Below, piece after piece: positions 15,093-22,730 of a stretch of DNA of 32,000 bases. The notes beneath the pieces were generated by a model. That model was given only the letters and a program-made list of their open reading frames with translations, was not told the DNA's origin and ran no database searches. The DNA comes from Nitrososphaerota archaeon. GTDB lineage: Archaea > Thermoproteota > Nitrososphaeria_A > Caldarchaeales > Calditenuaceae. Position numbers and translations under genes: made by a program. Positions within the stretch are counted from its first letter, which is position 1, and every line of letters begins with the position of its first letter. The stretch spans positions 23,222 through 55,221 of the forward strand of contig JAVYLC010000004.1 in NCBI GenBank assembly GCA_038741355.1. Reading direction: 5' to 3'.

Positions 15093-17441
15093 GTGTGTTG
15101 TAGGTTGCCGGTTACCTGGACGGTGCCTAGCCAGTCAGACCCCTCAGTAAAATATACTGTGACGTTTAGTGAGAGTGGTTTCACGTGCACATGCCCGGAC
15201 TTCACATATAGGAGGAGGGAGTGTAAGCACATATACGCCGTGAAGATATCGGAGGGCTTGATAGCGCCTAGCCCGCAGCAGACAGCCACCAAGAGGTATG
15301 TCGACCACCCCATGGTTAGGGAGGGGGCGGTGGAGGACAGGGAGTATCAGAGGTCGATTGTCAGAGAGGCCCTGGAGGCCAACACATTAGTGGTCCTTCC
15401 AACGGCCCTGGGTAAGACCGTCATAGCAGAGCTGGCTGCCGCAGAGCTCCTCCACAGACACCCCGGCTCAAGGATACTAGTCATGGCTCCCACAAAGCCC
15501 CTGACGATCCAGCACAGGGAGAGCTTCCTCAAGCACCTGAAGATAGACAGGGGGGAGACGGCCGTGGTGACCGGCGAGACGCCCGGCAGGGAGATGGTCT
15601 GGAGGGATAGTAATGTGAAGGTAGTCTTCGCCACACCCCAGACTGTCTGGAACGATGTTAAGAAAGGCTTGGTGGATTTCGAGGAGTACTCCCTCCTAGT
15701 CTTCGACGAGTGTCACAGGAGCAGGAGCAGATACGCATACACTAGGATCGCGTCCGAGTATGCTAGGAGGTGTCCCTGGCCACTAATCCTAGCACTTACC
15801 GCCAGCCCAGGCAGCGAGGAGGAGAAGGTGATGGAGGTGTGCAGAAATCTATTGATTGAGAGGGTAGCCTGGAGGACTGAGGGGGACGAGGACATATCAA
15901 CATACATACCCGGGGTCTCGGTAACTTTTGTCAGACTGGACCTCCCGGAGGAGTATGAGGCCGTCAGGAAGAAGGTAGGGGAGATGATCGGGGAGGGTGT
16001 GAGGAGGCTCTACGACTCAGGCACCTTCAAGGTCCCTGTGGAGAATGTTAACAGGAAGATCATAGTCCAATACATGGCCAGGCTCAGGGCCGAGATAGAC
16101 TCAGGGATTAAGGGCCCAAACCTCCACTACATGGCGCTCTGCTCACAGATACTCAGCCTTTACCATGCTCAGGAGCTGATTGAGAGCCAGCACATATACT
16201 CGTTGCGGAAGTATCTGGAGGAGGTCTCGAGGTCGGAGCTTAGGAGCCACAGGATGCTGTCTAGGACCCCCAAGTTCAGGGAGCTGCAGGCGATGGCAGA
16301 GAGGATCGAGAAGGATCACCCGAAGGTTGAGGCCCTGCTCGTCCTAGTCGCCCAGCACCTCAGGGAGAAGCCATCCGACAGGGTCATGGTCTTCGCCAAT
16401 ATTAGACATACGGCCGAGGTCCTGGTCGAGAGGCTCAGGAGGGCGGGAATATCGGCCGAGCTCTTCGTCGGCAAGGCTGAGGGGAAGGAGGGCCCTAGGA
16501 TGAGCCAAGAGGAGCAGAAGAGGATTCTCCGGAGGTTCAGGGAGGGGGAGATAACTGTCCTCGTGGCCACGTCCATAGGTGAGGAGGGGCTGGACATCCC
16601 GGAGTGCGGCTACGTCATATTCTACGAGCCTGCAGTCTCAGGGATAAGATACATCCAGAGGAGAGGGAGGACCGGCAGGAGGCTTCCCGGCAAAGTAACA
16701 ATCCTAGTCACTAGGAACACGATAGACGAGTACTATCTGAGGGAGGGCCGGAGGAGGGCTAGGAGGATGTCGGAGATACTAGGGAGGGTCTCGGAGAAGC
16801 TGGCGGAGTTCAGGCTCAGGAGGATTGGGCCTAGACCAGCCCCCGGAGAGCCGTGGCCCTGGAGAAGGGGGGCTGAGGCGGTGGAGGTCCCGGAGAGGGA
16901 GAAAGTCGTGGAGACGGAGAAGGGAGAGGACGTCATAGAGATACCCGAGCGTGTAGAGGTCTCCGAGCCGTCCAAGAGCCTCCCAATAGTTGTGTCGAGT
17001 AAGGCTGGGCCGAGTATCCGTGAGATACACCGCTACGCCAAGTATCTGTACAGGAAAGTCCTTGAGAGTGGTTTGGACGGCCTCTCTGAGGCCGAGATTC
17101 TTCAGGACCCCGAGCAGACACCCGATGTGATAAGGGCCGCGGCAAGGCTCTTGGAGAGGAGGGGTCTTGTGACCCGGATGGCGGGTAGGATCGTGGCTAA
17201 GGCCGCGGTCAGGAGCATGTCGAGGCATTCTCAGGGCAGGATACGGACGATAGAGATAGAGAAGATATATCCCGGGTTCGCGATAGTGCTGGTGGATGAG
17301 AAGTTCAGAGCAAGACTAGAACCCTCGATGTACAACGGCCCAAGAGAATACATAAAGAAGGGGAAGATATTCAGGGCCAGAGCAACAATAACAAAGATAA
17401 ACGGCACTACATACATCTCAATACACGACGTTCTAGGCTAG
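15093..17441 (+). CDS. SWIM zinc-finger + Hef/Mph1/FANCM-like SF2 helicase (COG1111-like), no nuclease domain, unknown C-terminal module
   Basis: N-terminal SWIM motif CTCPDFTYRRRECKH (CxCx9CxH). Helicase motifs REYQRSI, LPTALGKT (I), VMAPTKPL (Ia), VFDECHRS (II), LTASPG (III), VLVATSIGEEGLDIP (V) and YIQRRGRTGR (VI). GTG start 17 nt after the hjc-like stop, preceded by GGTGGTGAG. Confidence 0.8.
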   Translation: MCCRLPVTWTVPSQSDPSVKYTVTFSESGFTCTCPDFTYRRRECKHIYAVKISEGLIAPSPQQTATKRYVDHPMVREGAVEDREYQRSIVREALEANTLVVLPTALGKTVIAELAAAELLHRHPGSRILVMAPTKPLTIQHRESFLKHLKIDRGETAVVTGETPGREMVWRDSNVKVVFATPQTVWNDVKKGLVDFEEYSLLVFDECHRSRSRYAYTRIASEYARRCPWPLILALTASPGSEEEKVMEVCRNLLIERVAWRTEGDEDISTYIPGVSVTFVRLDLPEEYEAVRKKVGEMIGEGVRRLYDSGTFKVPVENVNRKIIVQYMARLRAEIDSGIKGPNLHYMALCSQILSLYHAQELIESQHIYSLRKYLEEVSRSELRSHRMLSRTPKFRELQAMAERIEKDHPKVEALLVLVAQHLREKPSDRVMVFANIRHTAEVLVERLRRAGISAELFVGKAEGKEGPRMSQEEQKRILRRFREGEITVLVATSIGEEGLDIPECGYVIFYEPAVSGIRYIQRRGRTGRRLPGKVTILVTRNTIDEYYLREGRRRARRMSEILGRVSEKLAEFRLRRIGPRPAPGEPWPWRRGAEAVEVPEREKVVETEKGEDVIEIPERVEVSEPSKSLPIVVSSKAGPSIREIHRYAKYLYRKVLESGLDGLSEAEILQDPEQTPDVIRAAARLLERRGLVTRMAGRIVAKAAVRSMSRHSQGRIRTIEIEKIYPGFAIVLVDEKFRARLEPSMYNGPREYIKKGKIFRARATITKINGTTYISIHDVLG

Positions 17442-17579
17442 CCTAGGACTGGGACCTTAAAGGTTTAATACGATGGGCTCGGCCTCCAACGTTTCAGACA
17501 TTTGAATCTAATCCCTAACAGCTCATCACTCTTTAGTGCGGATCTATCAGCTAGAATGAGTATCGGTCTTAGAGCCTTG

Positions 17580-17894
17580 TCAGCCTTGTTTCTGTGGTAT
17601 TGGCTTCCGTCTTATGAACCACCTATCTTTCCCCTCCGCGAGTATATAGACGTATCCTCCTATAGCTACTCGCCCTCCACTCTTTCTCAGAGCCTCTAGG
17701 AGCTCTTGGCCGGCCTCGTCCTCGAATATCCACTCCCCGCCGCCGTCCCTGAAAGGCCTCCAAGGGAGGTCGTCGAGCGTTCTCTCCCCACCAGATTTAG
17801 CGGCTAGCGATGTGTTGATTAGTTCTCTCAGCTGTCTCAGCGCCTGGAGCTCCCTCTCAAGCTCCGAGATCCTCCAGTCTATCCACTCCAGCAT
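17580..17894 (-). CDS. hypothetical protein (N-terminal coiled coil, conserved-looking C-terminal domain)
   Basis: MLEWIDWRISELERELQALRQLREL.. then LPWRPFRDGGGEWIFEDEAGQELLEALRKSGGRVAIGGYVYIL. The track ORF starts at TTG 17957; the first ATG is at 17894. I recognise no family. Confidence 0.45.
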   Translation of the reverse strand: MLEWIDWRISELERELQALRQLRELINTSLAAKSGGERTLDDLPWRPFRDGGGEWIFEDEAGQELLEALRKSGGRVAIGGYVYILAEGKDRWFIRRKPIPQKQG

Positions 17895-18033
17895 CTCCCT
17901 TAGGCCTGCCGCATCCACCACAACCAATAACTGCACTCTGACACCTATAAACCCCAACAGCTATACTGTTAAATCTGTGTTCTTCTAGGGCTGTAAAATG
18001 TAATATTTGAGCACTACCCCATCGGTGTGTGGG

Positions 18034-18363
18034 ATGGATTCCACTCTTTCCCGGCTTCGGGAGTTCCTTGAGGGTGGTAGGGACTGGGAGAGGAAGAGGA
18101 CATCTATTCCCGGCGTATTTCTTCTGAAGATTCCTGGGACACGCTTAAGGCCTGCAGAGCTCGCAGTAGAGATAAATCCGGTGGATTCCTCCGGGACGCC
18201 TAGGAAGAGGAGAGGCCTCATACTTAGGGGGTATCAGGACCTCGAGGACTTCCGGAAGATAATAAACGATGAGAGGCTCTCTACGCTGGTTGAAATGCTT
18301 CAACAGGTCAACCCTACTGGGGAGAGGAGCGGGCGGGAGGGCGAGGACGTCATAGACATCTAG
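18034..18363 (+). CDS. hypothetical protein
   Basis: ATG 18034 lies about 30 nt downstream of an AAAATGTAATATTT box (the track ORF starts at TTG 18007). Sequence is MDSTLSRLREFLEGGRDWERKRTSIPGVFLLKIPG... No recognisable domain. Confidence 0.4.
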   Translation: MDSTLSRLREFLEGGRDWERKRTSIPGVFLLKIPGTRLRPAELAVEINPVDSSGTPRKRRGLILRGYQDLEDFRKIINDERLSTLVEMLQQVNPTGERSGREGEDVIDI

Positions 18364-18885
18364 TCAGCTTCGCGCCGGCTGTTGCGTTATTCTCTGCCAT
18401 AGCAGCTCTAGGGGGAGGGCCTCGCGCTCCACATCCTCTACCATCCTCTCAGCCCTCATCGCTGTCTCGGTCATCCTCACCCTGCTGTCTCTGAGCTTGA
18501 ACAGTGAAGGATGCCGGCCTGCCTCTGCCCGTCTCTATACTCTCTATCGCAGGAGCCAGTATCGCTTTAGCCTAAAGCCCATCACCTCAGCTTCACCCGC
18601 TACGGTCTAGTGGGATTGTGAAGCGGCTAGGAGCGCTCTAGGCCTTCCACCACCTATGGCTAACATAGATAGACTCAGACTATGTCCCCAAAACACGTTG
18701 ACTACGGGGATTTTATCAGAATTAAAAAGGTTATGGTGTGAAAGTGAGAGCTTAAAATAGATAAGAACCTTCCCCAACCTTCTTTGACGACCATCGTCCA
18801 CCATCCCATATAGTGTTGCTGAAAGTTCATGATTATTAATCATGCTCCAAGCCGGTATCTCCTATTTACTACAGCTTTGGTAGAT

Positions 18886-19880
18886 CTATGTAGGTCTATC
18901 TACTGCTCGCCCACCCTGCAGGCGGATTACACGTCTTATCCGTTCCTCCAAGTCTTCGATGTGGCTTATGATGAATATCTGCCTAATTTTTTGAAAGGTC
19001 TGTTGTTAGGTATTCAATTATTCCCGTTCTTCTGACTTCGTCCGAGCTTCTTAGCGGCTCGTCTAGGAAGATGAATTCGGGCCTCCGACCCCTTGACCTG
19101 AGGGATTAGAGAGTGTGAAGGCAAGTCTAAGAGCTAGTAGGAACTGGTCTTCTGTATCTCCAGAGTATACCTCTTTGACCCTGAACTGCCCCGCTTCTGG
19201 GTCCCAGAGCTGTATATTGTAGCCCTCATACATTACCGTCGCCCTATATCTCCCGTTTGTCAATTTGGGAAGTATTACGCCCATGTAGCTTTCGACGCTG
19301 GGCTTGACTCTATCCCTCAGCGCCTCAGCTGTTGCCTGTATTCCCTCGATAGCCTTCTTAACGATCTTCATATCCCTTTCAAGCTCAGCGACTTTTTTCT
19401 CCTGTGACCTAAACCTATCTAAGACATCTCCGTGCTCTTCCAGCCACTTCCCAAGCTCAGATAACTTGCTGCCATTTAAACTCCTTAGAATACACCATCT
19501 TTCTTGGGAGCTGTATCACCTCATACTTCTTCCTCAGAGCCTCCATCTCCTCGACTGATCTGCTGAAGGCTGTCTCCTTAAAGATTGTGAAGGCTGTCTT
19601 CACTAGGACCTCCTCCCCCGTTGATAGCTTAATTCTGCCCGAGAACTCGAGCTCAGCCCTTTCTACTCCCTCGTTAAGCGCCAATCCCTCACCTGTGTAG
19701 ACAACCGGCTTACCCTCCTCACCTAGCCCAACCATCTTGTCGGTGAGAACCGAGCCGTAGAGGCTATGCCCTTCCTCCATCACCACCACAACACCGGCTG
19801 GCAAGCGTGAGCGGAAGAAGGATATAGTCTCGATACTTGTCGCACATGGCTCCCCCTATGTCGCCACTGCGTCACCCCTC
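18886..19880 (-). pseudogene. degraded SMC/Rad50/RecF-like ABC ATPase
   Basis: Fragments lie in three frames. The N-terminal part (IETISFFRSRLPAGVVVVMEEGHSLYG..AELEFSG) has no intact Walker A in any frame and a TAG upstream. A short coiled coil follows. The signature-like motif is YSGDTEDQFLLALRLAF. Walker B EFIFLDEPLRSSD lies in a shifted frame. The H-loop QIFIISHIEDLEERI lies after a second shift, at the A-run around 18985-18993. Confidence 0.6.
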
Positions 19881-19961
19881 CTCAGCCTGTCAAGATGGTT
19901 TAGAGCAATAAAGGCATGTATTTCTCAGGGGATAGGCTTGTCAAATGTTTGGTGTTGTGGC

Positions 19962-20467
19962 TTAGCTGGGATAAAGAATTCTCCATGGTTCAAGTTCATC
20001 ACCTATACGTGGATGGGTTTTCGGGGCCGTGTTCATGAAGAACCTGTATGCCTTCTCCTCAAGCTCCTCAGAGCTTACCTCTCTGACGTTTAAAGCGATG
20101 TTTCTGAAAGCTTGGCCCGGCTCCTCCGCATACCCGCAAACCACAGCATCTGCATCCTCTCCCACATACATCTGTAAACATCGATCGGCTCTCCACCTAT
20201 GAAAGTGAAAGTAATGTAAACAGTCATAAGAGCCTTCATTTCCTCGGTACAGCGGTAGACCACGTGTATTAGATAGCTTGGTTTAACCAAGGCGTACATG
20301 TTCGCCTCATCTCCAGTCGCGAGGTAGATCGGTTTAGCCAAATATCTTACAGCATGGTCTTGCTCATGGACGATAGCTATTGCATAGAGCATGGTGTTGA
20401 GCCTGTTAAAGTCGTCAGCCGTGAAGAAACGCGGCTGAAACCTCTCCTTCAAAACAGGAGGCGCCAT
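19962..20467 (-). pseudogene. frameshifted hypothetical gene upstream of the degraded ATPase
   Basis: Track ORFs 20090..20467 and 19962..20171 overlap in different frames. They join sensibly as ..ITFTFIGGEPIDVY / MYVGEDADAVVCGY... I recognise no family. Confidence 0.4.
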
Positions 20468-20900
20468 GGTTTATCACCAATCCGTAGGAGTGTATGGGTG
20501 TCGCTGGGCCTTCCAGACAGGGGGAGACTTTACAGCACATATTAGGGGTGAGCGGTTCAAGTCGCGCTACGACGTGACAGCAGGCCTCAGGCTTAGAATA
20601 CCCAGCACGTATAGGAGCCTCTTCCACGAGGAGTTAGCAACAGAGACTAGGGAGGTAAGGTTGATGATGTGGGTTGGCGACACCCTACACATACAGTATA
20701 GGCCGGATGAGAGGCTCGTCCTCACGCCTAGGGCAGCGGCCCCACGCTACAACTATCACGCCTACTGTAGCACATGCAGGGCAGCATACAGTGGAGACCT
20801 GGCCAGATGCCCCGAATGCAACAAAACCCTCAGAAGAAGACCTAGGAGAAACTCCAGAAAGTCCGGAGGAGGATACAGCGTAATAGAAGTGCCTGCATAG
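20466..20900 (+). CDS. hypothetical protein with C-terminal zinc ribbon (doubtful)
   Basis: CSTCRAAYSGDLARCPECNKTL is a CxxC-x11-CxxC motif followed by a basic tail. However, its ATG overlaps the divergent ATG at 20465-20467, and its 3' half lies antisense to IS-like debris. Confidence 0.3.
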   Translation: MVYHQSVGVYGCRWAFQTGGDFTAHIRGERFKSRYDVTAGLRLRIPSTYRSLFHEELATETREVRLMMWVGDTLHIQYRPDERLVLTPRAAAPRYNYHAYCSTCRAAYSGDLARCPECNKTLRRRPRRNSRKSGGGYSVIEVPA

Positions 20901-20970
20901 GCTGTGGAGAGGGGGGTCAGGGAAGGGGGGAACGAGATAATCGAAGACGTGCACAAACCCATCAAAACAA

Positions 20971-21020
20971 CCCAGCCCATAGGCCTAACCAACAACACTT
21001 AAATAAAAGTTGACAGTGCC
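20971..21020 (-). mobile_element. decayed end of a second copy of the 8522-9195 IS (tip at 21020, interior to the left)
   Basis: AAGTTGACAGTGCC (21007-21020) matches AAGTTGACAGTCCC of the intact IRR. The subterminal CCCAGCCCATAGGCCT (20971-20986) matches CCCAGGCCATAGACCT (9166-9181). The minus-strand frame MLLVRPMGWVVLMGL.. weakly echoes MWVDRVGVGLGRLMGF... Confidence 0.4.
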
Positions 21021-21127
21021 GACGGCATAGGATAAGGCGTATAAAGTTGGGCCATAGAAATTATCCAACACGCCGCTGACTGTAAATATTGGTGAAGTGG
21101 ATGAGGCTAGTTGGTTTTAAATATTTA

Positions 21128-21153
21128 TATAAAACTATCCTTATAGTTTTATA
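21128..21153. promoter_or_regulatory. perfect 11-bp inverted repeat (TATAAAACTAT-cctt-ATAGTTTTATA) overlapping the TATA box of the RHH-PIN operon; probable autoregulatory operator
   Basis: 21128-21138 is the reverse complement of 21143-21153. The repeat ends 6 nt before ATG 21159. The TTTATATAAAA box is centred about 30 nt upstream of that ATG. Confidence 0.5.
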
Positions 21154-21158
21154 GAAGC

Positions 21159-21434
21159 ATGGCTGAGAAAACAACCAGCATCAAGATAGACCCGGAGACA
21201 TGGTTGAAGGCTAAACTGCTTGCGGTAAAAAGAGGGGTTACGCTCAAGTCGGTCATAGAGGACCTGCTTCTGGGAGAGATTAAGGCCGACGAGTTCTTAG
21301 GGGAAAAAGCCAAACTGACCGCTAAGGGATTGATTGAAGTTCTTGAAGAGAGAAGGGCGGCTGGCCAACCGCCTTTCATCATAATTTCCAAGAGGAGGGC
21401 TGTGGAGATTGTCAGAGAGCATAGAGGCAGGTAG
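21159..21434 (+). CDS. vapB: ribbon-helix-helix (CopG/Arc-type) antitoxin, VapB-like
   Basis: TSIKIDPETWLKAKLLAVKRGVTLKSVIEDLL shows the RHH beta-alpha-alpha pattern. The gene sits directly upstream of, and overlaps, a PIN gene. Confidence 0.7.
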   Translation: MAEKTTSIKIDPETWLKAKLLAVKRGVTLKSVIEDLLLGEIKADEFLGEKAKLTAKGLIEVLEERRAAGQPPFIIISKRRAVEIVREHRGR

Positions 21435-21939
21435 CGGCCACTACGTTGACACCAGTGTGATAATAGCTAGATATAAGCCGGACGACGAGGTTTACGAATA
21501 TGCTGAGAAACTGCTGAGCCGAGATGATGTTAGATTCTATGCCTCGACCTTGACGCTTGTGGAGCTGGCAGCTGTTCTGTCAAGGCTTCTTGACGAGCTG
21601 ATAATTCCGCAGGGCTATGAAAAAGATTTGAACACGCTGCTTGCGTTTATCGTCAAGGATTGCAAGCTACACTTCACACCCCATCTTCACACGCTTTCTG
21701 TCGACTTTCACGCACGGAAGATTAGGATGCCGCTTGAATACTATCTAGCCATAGCGCATGCGGAAAGGCTGAAACTTCGGGCTCTCGACCTCCTCCACAT
21801 ATGTCATGCTGTAATACTTGGAAGGTTTCATAACATCGCGTCATTTATAACAGGCGACGAGGAGCTGATCGCCAAGTCAGACATGATCAACACGATGTTT
21901 GGACTGCATGTAAAGCATCCGCGTGATATTATTGGCTGA
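21409..21939 (+). CDS. vapC: PIN-domain ribonuclease toxin, VapC-like
   Basis: YVDTSVIIARY (D1), LTLVELAAVL (E) and FITGDEEL (D) match the PIN acidic residues. TTG start. 26-nt overlap with the RHH gene. Confidence 0.7.
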   Translation: MSESIEAGSGHYVDTSVIIARYKPDDEVYEYAEKLLSRDDVRFYASTLTLVELAAVLSRLLDELIIPQGYEKDLNTLLAFIVKDCKLHFTPHLHTLSVDFHARKIRMPLEYYLAIAHAERLKLRALDLLHICHAVILGRFHNIASFITGDEELIAKSDMINTMFGLHVKHPRDIIG

Positions 21940-22147
21940 AACTCGCCAAACTGCTGCCCACCAGCGGTCCACATCTCCTACGATTGAGTGGTCAGCTGAG
22001 GAGGAGTCTTTTCCAGCCTGTCATGGAATATGTGTAACAGTGCTTCATAGGCTCTAAGGTCATACCAAGCCAAGTATGGGATTGAGGCTATTAGCCAAGC
22101 CATGAAAACCAGCGGGAACGTCTTGACATTCATATCATCCGCCTCCT

Positions 22148-22420
22148 GACACCGTCAACTTAAGTTTTTCTTTTAGGTCTAGGCCTTCATGCATGTCTTC
22201 TACTATCTGTTTGGCTGTATGAGCAGGTTCTTCAGGCCCCATATTGAGAAGGTTTATGCTGCTCTACCGTTTGTCACCGGGCTGAGCCTAGGGGATCTGG
22301 GTTCATAAGCTCAGGTAATTGTTTAAGCCCGGACGGGGTTATCAGGTGTTTGGCTGTAGATGAGTCCTTTAATAAGATGTTGGACTGCAGAATATAGCCA
22401 TGGTCGGCAATAGACATGGC
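22148..22420 (+). mobile_element. decayed, truncated third copy of the IS (tip at about 22148, interior to the right)
   Basis: GTCAACTTAAG (22154-22164) matches the IR core. AGGTCTAGGCCTTC (22175-22188) matches the subterminal AGGTCTATGGCCTGGGCCTTC of the intact copy. Broken frames read MSRFF..GLSLGDLG (compare MGFFG..GLSLRRVAG) and CLAVDESF (22353-22367, compare IAVDETVI). Confidence 0.5.
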
Positions 22421-22530
22421 TAGATTACGAATAAAACCCTGTCGCCGGGTTTGACCGCAAGGCAGTCACGCACCTCCTTAGGTATAGTGACTTGGCCTTT
22501 CTCGCTGACCGCAGAGACCCCGATGCTCAT
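22420..22530 (-). pseudogene. AbrB/SpoVT-type antitoxin fragment (36 codons)
   Basis: Minus-strand translation gives MSIGVSAVSEKGQVTIPKEVRDCLAVKPGDRVLFVI*. This carries the canonical GxVTIPKEIR..L.IKPGD motif but is cut short by a stop. Confidence 0.5.
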
Positions 22531-22730
22531 TCCGACCCAAGGTAAAGTCTTACCCACAACCCTGGATGCAGGCGGCTCTATGGTCAATAACATGAACTAT
22601 CTTTTGGTGCTGTTGGTTAACCAAAACGTAGATGTCCATGACATAGACGGCATGCTCGTTCTAAGGCGTCTTAATAAGGGCATGACGTCGCAGCATACCC
22701 TAAACATCGCCGCCCTGCCAATCCTCTTGG

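Noticed and set aside
16785-17441. ERCC4/XPF nuclease domain at the helicase C-terminus (full-length Hef)
   Set aside because: I saw no GDxnERKxxxD-like motif and no tandem HhH. The region looks like linker, then winged helix, then a small beta domain.
18607-19035. ORFs 18607..18843 (-) and 18829..19035 (+)
   Set aside because: They have no motifs. The second is antisense to the H-loop/C-terminal remnant of the ATPase pseudogene. The 18364-18885 region looks like non-coding or decayed sequence.
18969-19036. Possible C/D-box sRNA (ATGATGA ... CTGA)
   Set aside because: The box spacing (about 68 nt) is too long and no credible C'/D' boxes are present. The sequence lies inside the degraded ATPase gene, where the motifs are explained by coding remnants. 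A similar ATGATGT...CTGA pair at about 9256-9298 also lacks proper internal boxes.
22540-22700. RelE/ParE-like toxin remnant on the minus strand (..AVYVMDIYVLVNQQHQKIVHVIDHRAA..)
   Set aside because: It has only a vague resemblance to the C-terminal xVxVLxIxHR pattern. It is interrupted by stops and is too weak to annotate.
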